Counted from the first letter of the stretch, positions 26,926 through 36,230 are shown. The stretch is DNA of 41,699 nt from Candidatus Bathyarchaeia archaeon (GCA_038882655.1 JAVZNT010000007.1:1-41699), one strand, 5' to 3'. A program made the numbers and translations. Notes: a model not told the origin generated them from the sequence alone.

Positions 26926-27046
26926 CCCTCATTATTTGTTCCATTTTAGTTTCTTTCTTTATCCTTTTAAATCTTTTCACTAGTAAGACTTAGCATGTTT
27001 AGCTAACCAAAAATATTTTAACCGCCAAAAATATGCATGTCTGGGA

Positions 27047-27781
27047 TTGGTGATGTTGGCTGTTGAAGCATGCGAGGTAACTAAAGTTTTTGGAAGCATC
27101 CATGCTTTGGATGGCTTAAGCTTTAGCGTCAAGGCTGGCGAGGTTTTTGGGCTTATTGGCCCGAACGGGGCTGGTAAAACAACTGCCCTACGGATAATTT
27201 CAACATTGCTTCTGCCAACCTCTGGCATAGTTAAGGTTTTTGGATGTGACGTGGTTCAAAATGCAGCTGATGTTCGCAAAATAATTTCCTATCTTCCTGA
27301 GGAGGCTGGCGCTTACCGTTATCTTTCTGGTTTGGAGTATCTTGAGTTTATGGCCAAGTTCCATACGAACGACAAGGCTGAAGCCCACAAAATGGTTATG
27401 GAGGCTGCTGAAATATCCGGTCTAGGAGAAAGGTTGAAGGATAAAACTAAAACTTATAGCAAGGGGATGAAGCGCCGCCTTCTTGTTGCCAGAGCCTTAA
27501 TGCTTAAGCCGAGGTTGGCTATCCTCGACGAGCCTACAAGCGGTTTAGATGTACTTCACTCCTACCATGTTAGGGAGATAATAAAAAGCTATGTTAATAG
27601 GCATGGCGTGACTGTGCTTCTTTCAAGCCATAACATGCTTGAGGTTGAATATCTATGCGAGAGGGTTGCCCTAATAAACAAGGGTAGAATTGTCGCCGAG
27701 GGAGAACCTCAAGAACTGAAGGAAAAATTTGGAAGCACAAACTTGGAAGAGGTTTTTGCAAGGGTGGTTAAGCTTGCTTAA
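27047..27781 (+). CDS. ABC transporter ATP-binding protein (NatA/DrrA-like)
   Basis: GPNGAGKTT, YSKGM signature, ILDEPTSGLD and SSH. Confidence 0.93.
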   Translation: MVMLAVEACEVTKVFGSIHALDGLSFSVKAGEVFGLIGPNGAGKTTALRIISTLLLPTSGIVKVFGCDVVQNAADVRKIISYLPEEAGAYRYLSGLEYLEFMAKFHTNDKAEAHKMVMEAAEISGLGERLKDKTKTYSKGMKRRLLVARALMLKPRLAILDEPTSGLDVLHSYHVREIIKSYVNRHGVTVLLSSHNMLEVEYLCERVALINKGRIVAEGEPQELKEKFGSTNLEEVFARVVKLA

Positions 27782-29069
27782 AGGATTTGGCAACTTCTTA
27801 TTGAAAGAGCTTAAAGAGCTTGTAAGGGATCCAAAAATTCTTTTAGGAATGATAATTGTCCCGCTGATAATGTTTCCAGTTTTAGGTGGAGTCATAAACT
27901 ATGCAGTAAAATCTGCACAGGAGAAAGCGGCAAAAGCCAACCTTATTGTCGTGGATAATGATGGAGGATACTGGGCCAATAATTTTACAAACATGCTTAG
28001 GATAGCGGGCGTTAATGTTTTCAAAGAAAGCAACATTGTATTAAGCGATGGAAACATAACAAGGCTACTGTCAAAATACAATGCCACACAAATTCTTGAA
28101 ATTCCCAACGGCTTTAATGATACTATTAACGCATATCTCAGCGGGCAAGACGCGAGCATTAATTTGAAGTTTTATGGAGTGCTTTCTACGGTGGGCGCCT
28201 TCGAAGGTGTTGGCTCATCAGTGATTGATGCTTTGATTGAACAGTTTAATAGGCAGGTTGCCCCAAATGTTGTGGCGATTAAGAAGTCAGCGATTATAAA
28301 AGGCGAGGTTAAGCTCGGCATAGACCCAGCCATGCTTTCTGGTTTGCTAATGTCTCAGTCCATCGCCTTGCCCATCACAATTATGATTTTGCTCACCTAT
28401 TCAGTGCAGATAGCCGCCACTTCAGTGGCAATAGAAAAGGAGGAAAAAACCCTTGAAACGCTGTTGACCCTACCGATGGATCGTCTTTCAATACTTTTGG
28501 GGAAGCTTTCCGGCTCAATCATTGTTGCCGCTGTAGGCGCTGTGGCTTACATGGTTGGCTACAGCTACCTGTTAGGCTCTGCCATGTCGGGGATTCCAGC
28601 TAACATAAACTTGGATTTGGCTACTTTAGGGCTTGCGCCTTCATTTTATGGCTATCTACTCTTGGGCATATCCCTTTTTGTTACAATGCTTTCAGCTTTG
28701 GCTTTGGCTGTTATAATGTCAGCTTTTGCTGAGGATGTTCGAAGCGCCCAATCCTTTGTCGGCTACATTTACCCACTTATATTCCTCCCATCCTTCGCCC
28801 TAATATACTTGGACATCAACACCTTGCCACTGGCGCTAAGAATCATATTTTACGCTATTCCATTTAGTCATCCGATAATAGCTTCTAAAGCCGTCATAAT
28901 GGGCGACTATTGGGTCGCAGCCTTAGGCATAATTTATGTTTTAGCCTTCACAATAATAGTTATGTATGTAGCCTCAAGGCTTTTTGCAACCGAGAAAATT
29001 TTAACAGCAAAAATAAAGTTTAAGAAGTTAGGAAGACGTGGCGAAAAAGCGACAGAAGAGCTTCAGTAA
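27774..29069 (+). CDS. ABC-2 type permease (NatB-like)
   Basis: KELKELVRD, extracellular loop, EKEEKTLETLLTLP...LGK. TTG start at 27774 overlaps the ATPase stop. Confidence 0.88.
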   Translation: MLKGFGNFLLKELKELVRDPKILLGMIIVPLIMFPVLGGVINYAVKSAQEKAAKANLIVVDNDGGYWANNFTNMLRIAGVNVFKESNIVLSDGNITRLLSKYNATQILEIPNGFNDTINAYLSGQDASINLKFYGVLSTVGAFEGVGSSVIDALIEQFNRQVAPNVVAIKKSAIIKGEVKLGIDPAMLSGLLMSQSIALPITIMILLTYSVQIAATSVAIEKEEKTLETLLTLPMDRLSILLGKLSGSIIVAAVGAVAYMVGYSYLLGSAMSGIPANINLDLATLGLAPSFYGYLLLGISLFVTMLSALALAVIMSAFAEDVRSAQSFVGYIYPLIFLPSFALIYLDINTLPLALRIIFYAIPFSHPIIASKAVIMGDYWVAALGIIYVLAFTIIVMYVASRLFATEKILTAKIKFKKLGRRGEKATEELQ

Positions 29070-29103
29070 AACTTTTCCTTAAAATAGGCATAACTATTAG
29101 CTG

Positions 29104-30219
29104 GTGAAAGCAACTTTGGGAATTCGAAAAATTGAAGTTTATTCGGTTAATTTGGCTTACTGTGAACCCTTCAGGATTGCTCCAGGAGCCAGTACAGAAA
29201 GCCACAATGTCATTGTGAAAATAATCACGGATTATGATATTTACGGCTGGGGAGAATCCTCCCCATCGGAGCGAGTTACCGGCGAAACAGCAGAAACCGT
29301 CATCAAAGTCTTGGACAAAATTGCACCTAAGCTTATTGGCATGTGCCCATTAAGAATCGAGCAAAACATTGAGCTTATGGACTCCCTTGTAGCTGAAAAT
29401 CCCGCGGCAAAAGCAGCCATAGACATAGCTCTACACGATATTTTAGGCAAGACTGTTCGGAAACCCCTCTACATGGTTATGGGCGGCTACAGAACAGAAG
29501 TTCTAACCGACATCACATTGAGCATAAAATCCCCAAAAGAAATGGCTAAAGACGCAGTTAAAGCCGTAAAGAAAGGGTTTAAAGCCCTAAAAGTTAAAGT
29601 CGGAGTAAACCCAGAAGAAGACATAGAGCGGATTAGGCTTATCCGCGAGGCAGCCGGCGAAGAGATACAGATAAGGATTGATGCAAATCAAGGCTGGACG
29701 CCAAAACAAGCCATAGAAGTTCTGAACAAAATTGAAAAGTTCAACATTCAATTTGCAGAGCAACCGGTCCCAGCAGAAGACTTGAAGGGCTTAATTGAGG
29801 TTAAGCGGGACTCACCAATACCAATAATGGCGGATGAAAGCATTCACTCACCAGAAGACGCCCTACGCTTAATAAAAGCAGAAGCCGTAGACCTCATAAA
29901 CATAAAATTGATGAAAAGCGGAGGAATCCAAAAAGCCAAGAAAATAGCTGCCATAGCAGAAGCTGCTGGAATACCATGCATGATAGGGTGCATGGGAGAA
30001 TCAGAAATAGGCATAGCTGCTGGAACCCACTTAGCCGCAGCAGTAAAAAACATACAATACGCAGACCTAGACTCCGACCTGCTGCTTAAAGACAAACTAG
30101 CCATAAAAGGCGGGACAAAAATTAAAAGCTCAATGCGCATACTTCCAAAACAACATGGCCTAGGAATAAAAGAGCTAAACAACAAAATACTCAGCAAACC
30201 AGTAAGAGTGTACAAATAA
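29104..30219 (+). CDS. Dipeptide epimerase (L-Ala-D/L-Glu epimerase family, enolase superfamily)
   Basis: KVKVG, DANQG, EQP, ADES, NIKLMK, GCMGES and DLD motifs. Confidence 0.88.
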   Translation: MKATLGIRKIEVYSVNLAYCEPFRIAPGASTESHNVIVKIITDYDIYGWGESSPSERVTGETAETVIKVLDKIAPKLIGMCPLRIEQNIELMDSLVAENPAAKAAIDIALHDILGKTVRKPLYMVMGGYRTEVLTDITLSIKSPKEMAKDAVKAVKKGFKALKVKVGVNPEEDIERIRLIREAAGEEIQIRIDANQGWTPKQAIEVLNKIEKFNIQFAEQPVPAEDLKGLIEVKRDSPIPIMADESIHSPEDALRLIKAEAVDLINIKLMKSGGIQKAKKIAAIAEAAGIPCMIGCMGESEIGIAAGTHLAAAVKNIQYADLDSDLLLKDKLAIKGGTKIKSSMRILPKQHGLGIKELNNKILSKPVRVYK

Positions 30220-30228
30220 ACCCGGTGT

Positions 30229-30819
30229 TTATGTGGGTGGTTGAGGAGGCCAAGTGGTATAGTCGGAATATGTCCATGCAATAATATCGTTTCTGTGGAG
30301 TATGTATCTATCTGAGGAGAAATCTGGAAGTACCCATTCAGAACCGCTAGAGTTCCAGTACCACCAGAACCATCCCATCGTTTCATTATTCGCAACACCG
30401 TTTATTGAAGTCACCAGCATGCCCATCCCCTCATAATATTTATAAGCCACATCATCAGCCACCGCAAAAACAGTGTCAAAAGCTGTTGACCCCAACGGCA
30501 TCGCTGTTCCATTATGCCATACTAAATTATCAGAGCCATATTTTATCAAGATGTTAACCTTTAAGGATATGGATTCAAGTATCTTTGACAGCGCATCTAC
30601 AGTTTCGCTGACATTTTTAGAGCTCCTGGCAAGAATGCTTGTAACGTTAACAAGGTCTCCTATATTTTCAGATAAAGTGTTTATGTAGCTAGCTAAATGC
30701 TTGTATTCCCTTGAGTAAGTTTCGAATTGGACATAATAGTACGCTGAAGCCATCGTAGAGGCTATGGACCAGACAACAAACATTATAACTAAAAATGTTA
30801 ACGTTCTTTTTTCAACCAA
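30229..30819 (-). CDS. Membrane-anchored DUF4430 (transcobalamin-C-like) protein
   Basis: N-terminal TM, helical stalk, then G.TAFD...GMLVTSINGV...WFWWY...D.Y.L...D.IAW.Y. Confidence 0.75.
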   Translation of the reverse strand: MVEKRTLTFLVIMFVVWSIASTMASAYYYVQFETYSREYKHLASYINTLSENIGDLVNVTSILARSSKNVSETVDALSKILESISLKVNILIKYGSDNLVWHNGTAMPLGSTAFDTVFAVADDVAYKYYEGMGMLVTSINGVANNETMGWFWWYWNSSGSEWVLPDFSSDRYILHRNDIIAWTYSDYTTWPPQPPT

Positions 30820-31355
30820 TTTTCAGCCTCCATAAATTGGAGTATGCCGCAAGAAATGGGCGCAAACAAAAGTCCAAACACAAAGACATTTGAAAATATA
30901 TGAATTAAAGAGAATGGGACTCCGGAAATTAAAGTTGAGATTAAAGCTAAATGGAATGGTGTTCCTGATAAAGAGGAGATGACGGCAACCCCAAAGTTCG
31001 TAACAAAGTCATAAATCAAGGTTAGAGAAGCACCAACAACGGCAGCTTCAAATAATGACTTGAGACCGAGTTTCTTGTCCCAAAACTTCCCGTAAATTCC
31101 CCCAGCCAAACCAGCAATCCCCATACCGACCATTTGAAAGGGCATATTTAAACCAGCAAAACCCCAAGGAGAAAGGAATCCGTTAACAAACATTACAAAG
31201 CATCCAAACAGAACCCCAGTAAAACTACCAAAGATAACGCCTACTGTGAAGGTTATAAGAGATGTAAACTCCACATTAGGCGGCCTAGGAGAAAGCTGAA
31301 TAGCCAGACACAGCGCAATCAAAACGCTTATCAAGGAAATTTTCGTGGTTTGCAT
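30798..31355 (-). CDS. ECF S-component, CbrT-like (probable cobalamin)
   Basis: PNVEFTS, G.FLSPWG, YDFVTN and G.PF.LIH..SN motifs; overlaps the DUF4430 gene. Confidence 0.72.
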   Translation of the reverse strand: MQTTKISLISVLIALCLAIQLSPRPPNVEFTSLITFTVGVIFGSFTGVLFGCFVMFVNGFLSPWGFAGLNMPFQMVGMGIAGLAGGIYGKFWDKKLGLKSLFEAAVVGASLTLIYDFVTNFGVAVISSLSGTPFHLALISTLISGVPFSLIHIFSNVFVFGLLFAPISCGILQFMEAENWLKKER

Positions 31356-31361
31356 AATTGT

Positions 31362-31380
31362 TGGATGGATTATCCATCCA
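31362..31380. promoter_or_regulatory. Perfect inverted repeat TGGATGGAT-T-ATCCATCCA, candidate operator
   Basis: Lies between the minus-strand TATA (TTTTATA, 31387-31381) and the ATG at 31355. Confidence 0.7.
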
Positions 31381-31449
31381 TATAAAATTTGCGATACTAA
31401 CTTCTCAATCTTATGTTTATTTCTTTAAATTTTTGGATAGTTTATGGTG

Positions 31450-32409
31450 TTAGCTTAGTTCTTGTAGGGCTTTTAGTCGCTTTATTATGTTTGGGTGTGT
31501 GGAGAAAATTTCGATTATTCTATCCAGTGTCGTTAGCTTCTTTGATAAAAGTTCTTGGACTAGTTTTTGGTCGCTTGAGGCGGCTGCCGACAAAGCGATT
31601 GAGTCTGTTTCTACACGGTCTGGGTCAGATATGAATAAAGCCTTAAAAGCGTTTAGATGCTGTACCTGTTTTCTTGCTCTCCCCATGTTTCTGGTTGCGT
31701 AGACTATTTTAGCTAGTCCTTCTGAGAGTTTTTGCCCTCCATTTTCAACTATGAGGGCGCTGTGTCTGTCAGCATAATACTCGCGGAGACGGCTTAGATA
31801 AAGTATAAACATGTTTAGAATCCACGAGAACATCATAAATCCAATGCCTAAGACGGCAGCTCCACCTCCCTCTTGTCTTTGTCTGCTGTACATTGAAGAT
31901 ATCATTAGTGAAAAGCCAATGTAATAAAATAGTGCTGGAAGGAGCGAAACAAACATCATTATTTGCACATCTCTGTGCTTTAAGTGTCCCAGCTCATGAC
32001 CTAAAACCGCTTCAACTTCCCCTTCATCAAGGGTTTTTAGAAGTCCGCTTGTTACGGCTACACGGTTTCCAGCGATAGGTGAGCCGTATGCAAAGGCGTT
32101 TGGAATTGGAATTTGGGCAAGCATAAGCCTCGGTTTCTTCAAACCGCTTTTTCTGCTTAAATTCTCAACTATCTGATGAAGTTTTGGGTTTTCGCTTTCG
32201 GATATTTCGCGTGTGCGGTAGAGGGCGTCAATTATATATGGGGAAATTAGCCACTGTCCCACATTAAATGCCACAACTAAAACTCCCAAAACTAGGATGT
32301 CCATGACGCCAATTAAACTTAAAATTAGTGTGAAGACTAGGGTAGATAAGCCTATTATTAATGCGAGCGTTCCAACCATCGACACACGGAGCTTCCATAC
32401 ACTCGGCAT
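31450..32409 (-). CDS. htpX: Zinc metalloprotease HtpX
   Basis: PNAFAYG, HELGH, SRLREYYAD and STHP motifs; ATG at 32409 follows GGTGA. Confidence 0.92.
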   Translation of the reverse strand: MPSVWKLRVSMVGTLALIIGLSTLVFTLILSLIGVMDILVLGVLVVAFNVGQWLISPYIIDALYRTREISESENPKLHQIVENLSRKSGLKKPRLMLAQIPIPNAFAYGSPIAGNRVAVTSGLLKTLDEGEVEAVLGHELGHLKHRDVQIMMFVSLLPALFYYIGFSLMISSMYSRQRQEGGGAAVLGIGFMMFSWILNMFILYLSRLREYYADRHSALIVENGGQKLSEGLAKIVYATRNMGRARKQVQHLNAFKALFISDPDRVETDSIALSAAASSDQKLVQELLSKKLTTLDRIIEIFSTHPNIIKRLKALQELS

Positions 32410-32517
32410 ATTTTCACCAGTCAATGTTGACAAAAAGGAACATGCTTATATCTGTTACTCTTCACATTTAAGCTTCCAGATTAACTTTTATTGCTGAAAG
32501 ATGTATAATCTCCTTTT

Positions 32518-33543
32518 ATGAAAGTATTAATTGATGATATAGGAAGTTTTCCACTTCCACAAACTGTTGAAAGAAAAATATTTAATGAAGCCTACAAGCT
32601 CGCAAGGGAACAAATTGCTAACGGAAGGGGTTTGAAGGAGAATGCCTTTTTATCTAAAAACTTCTATGAGGTTGTAACAGACTCTTTTCTACGAAAGCTT
32701 AAAACTGGTTTGGACGTTGTCAACTACCCGCAGCACTATGATATACATAAGCAGTTCGCTGAACCTATCCACAAAGCAATGGAAAAAGGCACATACATTG
32801 TTGAGGAGAAAGACGCTATAATACCAGAAGTGCACGTCATCAATGAAGAAGCAAAGAGAATCTACGAAAGCACAAAAATAAAAATCGCTCTCCGCGTTTG
32901 TGTTACCGGCCCCTTGGAGCTTTACTTAAAAGAGGTTGGAACAACTCTGTACAAAGACGTTCTACTTATGTTTGCAGAAACCGTAAAGAGATTTGCCAAA
33001 AACGCCATTTTAAACGCAAAATACGTTAAGACAGAGGTTGTTTCCCTGGACGAGCCGAGTTTTGGCTTTCAAGAAATATCAGCCGACAAAGACACAACAG
33101 TGGAAGTTTTAGAGAAAGCCTTAAATTTTCATGGAGACTTTCAAAAGCACATACACATGCACTCTCCAGCCAGAATCACAGATATTTTAGAGGTTAGAAA
33201 CCTTGATGTGGTATCCGTCGAGTATGCGGCATCCCCACATAGTCTGGAGTGCATTTCAAAAAGCATGCTTGAAAAGATGGACAAGTTCATCCGTGTGGGA
33301 ATATCTAGAACAGACATAGACTCCATCATCGCTGAGCTTTATGAGAAGGGAATAACTAAACCAGAAATAGGACAGCTTGTCGAAGATGAAAAAACCATCA
33401 AAAAGAGATTTGAAAAAGCTAAGGAAAAGTTTGGAGAAAGAATGACGTTCACAGGGCCAGATTGCGGGCTTGGCGGTTGGCCGACACAAGAGGCAGCCCA
33501 AATTCTACTCGAGAGAACTGTTAGAGCCGTGAAGTGCATCTAA
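32518..33543 (+). CDS. Core (single-barrel) methionine synthase, MesC-like
   Basis: DDIGSFPLP, VCVTGPLEL, SLDEPS, HMH and GPDCGLGG motifs. Confidence 0.75.
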   Translation: MKVLIDDIGSFPLPQTVERKIFNEAYKLAREQIANGRGLKENAFLSKNFYEVVTDSFLRKLKTGLDVVNYPQHYDIHKQFAEPIHKAMEKGTYIVEEKDAIIPEVHVINEEAKRIYESTKIKIALRVCVTGPLELYLKEVGTTLYKDVLLMFAETVKRFAKNAILNAKYVKTEVVSLDEPSFGFQEISADKDTTVEVLEKALNFHGDFQKHIHMHSPARITDILEVRNLDVVSVEYAASPHSLECISKSMLEKMDKFIRVGISRTDIDSIIAELYEKGITKPEIGQLVEDEKTIKKRFEKAKEKFGERMTFTGPDCGLGGWPTQEAAQILLERTVRAVKCI

Positions 33544-33571
33544 ACTATACTGGGAAAAGCAAATTTTGATA

Positions 33572-33587
33572 GAAAAGCTTTTATATT
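33572..33587 (+). promoter_or_regulatory. BRE/TATA-like promoter GAAAAGCTTTTATATT with no downstream + strand CDS
   Basis: Archaeal BRE+TATA consensus in the gap between convergent genes. Confidence 0.55.
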
Positions 33588-33612
33588 AATGCTTCTCTTT
33601 CCCTTTTCCATC

Positions 33613-33721
33613 GAAGAAGGGAGGGGAGCCTAAACGGGTTCGGTGGTTCCTATTTTTGGGAACTCCCTTCTCTCCTTTCTCCCCTCTTAAGACTCGCCGA
33701 GCCCGTGGGTAAATTCCCCTC
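33613..33721 (+). ncRNA. Candidate structured non-coding RNA (unknown family)
   Basis: GC-rich nested stems 33621-27/33715-21 and 33634-45/33695-706 (two G-U pairs), inner hairpin GTTCC/GGAAC, pyrimidine tract; starts about 25 nt after the TATA. Confidence 0.6.
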
Positions 33722-33753
33722 TAACGTTAAAAAATAGACAAATCGTGTATCGT

Positions 33754-34308
33754 CTATTGAGCTTGCAGGAGTTTCTGAACCTTTGAATAGCACACGTTGC
33801 AAAATATGCCTTTCTTTCTATCAGTTTCAAAGATGGAGTTGGAAAAATACATGACACAGAATGGATTTTTACAGTGGGTTAATCCGAAGGTATGTCCAAG
33901 TTCGTGTATTGCTGCCTTTGTGCTTCTTTCAATGAAAAGCTCAAAATTTGATGAAGCACCATAAAATTCTGGTCGAAGCCTCCAAAAGGATATGAGAGCC
34001 GCCTTTCCAGGACATTTAGCCTCTCCAAAAACAAAATTTAATCCCGGAACGTAAATGTCGGCGTCGACTGTGCCAAGAACACGGTCTAGGTTTTTAGCTT
34101 TTTGCACATAACTTGCCACTAAGCTTAAAATCATGTCTGAACGATACTGCCTCCTTGGTTTGTCATAGGCTTCTTGTGGTAAAGCCCAGATTTCTGGAAG
34201 TATGTGGCACTGTGCTTTTGGAAAAGCCATGTTCAAATTTTCACATATTCTTTTAAGGACATCTAGGTCGACTTGTCCTATACGTAAAATTCCTATTTTC
34301 ATGCTCAT
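33754..34308 (-). CDS. amzA: Archaemetzincin Zn metalloprotease
   Basis: LNFVFGEA, HELGHTFGLTHC....CVM.FS and D.K...FC..C motifs. Confidence 0.92.
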   Translation of the reverse strand: MSMKIGILRIGQVDLDVLKRICENLNMAFPKAQCHILPEIWALPQEAYDKPRRQYRSDMILSLVASYVQKAKNLDRVLGTVDADIYVPGLNFVFGEAKCPGKAALISFWRLRPEFYGASSNFELFIERSTKAAIHELGHTFGLTHCKNPFCVMYFSNSIFETDRKKGIFCNVCYSKVQKLLQAQ

Positions 34309-35582
34309 TAAACCTTAAAAGTGTCTCCAGGTTTTGGTGCCACCGCCTCTAGTCCTGCTTCTTTCTCTATCCATTTTGCGAGAAATTGGCAGTTTCCCTC
34401 GGCGCCGTGGATTACGTAGAATTTCGCCTTGCCATCAAGCTTTTTCACTGCTTCTTTAAGTTCCTTTGCACCGCAATGGGATGAAAAGTCAAAGTGTTTA
34501 ACTGTAGCTTTAACCTTTCGCATTTTCCCATCGATTACGCATATGCCCTTCTCTAGGAGTTCTCTTCCAGGCGTGCCTGGAATTTGGTAGCTTACCAGAA
34601 ACACTGCGTTGTTTGCCTTTTTACCGATTTTAGATATGTAGAATGCTGCTGGACCGCCTTTTAGCATGCCGGCTGGCGAAATTATTACACATGGTGTTTT
34701 TGTTGCTTTTCTGCGGTTCCGCCATCCCTCCACCCAATTTGCTGAGTGGATAGCGTCCATAAACAGTTTTGGATCCCTTAAGAATTGCATGTAATTCATC
34801 ATCATTCTGCTGGCTTCCCGCGCCATTCCATCGAGGTAAACTGGGTGTTCAAAGTGATAGGCGGCGAGGATGCATGCGATTTCTTGGGACCTTCCAATGC
34901 TGAAGGCTGGTATGAGAACAGTTCCTCCTCGTTCTACGACTTCTGTTACTTCCTCAACGAATTGTTTTTCAAGTTCTGGGCGCTCTGGGTGGTCTTCGTT
35001 GGCATATGTGCTTTCTATTATGACTGCGTCTAGGTCGCCATAATCCATTTTTGCTCCTTCCAAGAGCCTTGTGTCTATAAGATTGAAGTCGCCGGTGTAC
35101 AGTAGCCTCTTTCCTTCAGCCTCTATGAGGACTTGTGCGCTTCCTGGAATGTGTCCAGCATTGTGAAGTTCAAAAGTTAAGTCTCCCACAGTCTCTTTTA
35201 CGCCGAAATCCAAGTGCTTAATGTGTCTCATCATAGTTCTGAGTTCAAGATACTCATATGGGAGATAGTAGCTTGAAAGATGTATGAAGTCGGATATTAG
35301 TAGTTGGCTAAGCTCTGCTGTAAGCCTATTTGCGTAAACAGTTTTCTTCCCTTGAATGAAAAATATGGGGACGGCGCCGGAATGGTCAAGGTGGCTGTGC
35401 CCCAAAATTATTGCATCAACCTCTTTTGGAGGAACATGCATCGGAAAGCCAGGCTCATGGTTTAACATTACACCGTAGTCTAGCAAAACCTGTGTTTTTT
35501 CCGTTTTAACGGATATGGCTGCTCTACCAACTTCTTGGGTTGCGCCTAGAAACCTTATTTGAAGCGAGCTCATCTCTTTCAA
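34308..35582 (-). CDS. MBL/beta-CASP ribonuclease (no KH domains, aCPSF2-like)
   Basis: GATQEVGR, HSHLDH, AGHIPGS, YTGD, ESTY, PAFSIGRSQE, FSSH and IHG motifs. Confidence 0.88.
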   Translation of the reverse strand: MKEMSSLQIRFLGATQEVGRAAISVKTEKTQVLLDYGVMLNHEPGFPMHVPPKEVDAIILGHSHLDHSGAVPIFFIQGKKTVYANRLTAELSQLLISDFIHLSSYYLPYEYLELRTMMRHIKHLDFGVKETVGDLTFELHNAGHIPGSAQVLIEAEGKRLLYTGDFNLIDTRLLEGAKMDYGDLDAVIIESTYANEDHPERPELEKQFVEEVTEVVERGGTVLIPAFSIGRSQEIACILAAYHFEHPVYLDGMAREASRMMMNYMQFLRDPKLFMDAIHSANWVEGWRNRRKATKTPCVIISPAGMLKGGPAAFYISKIGKKANNAVFLVSYQIPGTPGRELLEKGICVIDGKMRKVKATVKHFDFSSHCGAKELKEAVKKLDGKAKFYVIHGAEGNCQFLAKWIEKEAGLEAVAPKPGDTFKV

Positions 35583-35614
35583 CCATTAACGCACTTAACA
35601 TTGGCACAGCTATT

Positions 35615-36220
35615 TTAAAAATGTATTGACTTTCCAGCATGGGCAGCTCTCACAAGTCCACGTTTAATAGCTTTCAAAATTTCGTCTAAATCCGTTGAAG
35701 CTTGAATTTCGTTGTAAACGGTCCAAAGTTCATCCGCCCTATGGGCATCGCTTCCAGCCACACCCGGCAAAGCCATTGTGTTGGCTAATTCTTCAGCTAG
35801 CATGTTTAATTGTCGGGAGCAACCTCCATTCAAAACTTCAACAGCGTCAATATCATAGTTTTTAGCTGAATCGCCTAAACCGAAGGCTCTGTAGGGATGC
35901 GCAGCAACCACCAATCCACCTCTATCATGTGCAAAGTCTATGACATTTTCAACAGTCCACGGTTGAGGTGGGACCTCAGCAATTCCTAGAAGGACCAAGT
36001 CGCCGCTAAAGGAGCTGACTTCGATGCCTGGGATAATAAGTATGTCTTGATAAGCTTTAGCCAACTCTAACACCTTGTAATATCCTTTAACTGTGTTGTG
36101 GTCTGTTATTGCAGCCGCTTTTATGCGGGGGTGGGCGAAAAGCTGCTCCACTATAATCTTTGGGTGTATTGAGGCATCGGACGAAAACATTGTGTGGATA
36201 TGCAAATCTGCGCGAATCAA
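35615..36220 (-). CDS. PHP-domain metal-dependent phosphoesterase
   Basis: DLHIHT..S.D, ITDHN, G.EVS, AHP and GSDAH motifs. Confidence 0.88.
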   Translation of the reverse strand: MIRADLHIHTMFSSDASIHPKIIVEQLFAHPRIKAAAITDHNTVKGYYKVLELAKAYQDILIIPGIEVSSFSGDLVLLGIAEVPPQPWTVENVIDFAHDRGGLVVAAHPYRAFGLGDSAKNYDIDAVEVLNGGCSRQLNMLAEELANTMALPGVAGSDAHRADELWTVYNEIQASTDLDEILKAIKRGLVRAAHAGKSIHF

Positions 36221-36230
36221 TTTTAACCGC

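Noticed and set aside
33613-33745. H/ACA or C/D guide RNA, or a simple terminator, for the structured element
   Set aside because: No K-turn or C/D boxes and no ACA directly after the stem; too elaborate for an archaeal U-tract terminator, and it has its own TATA.
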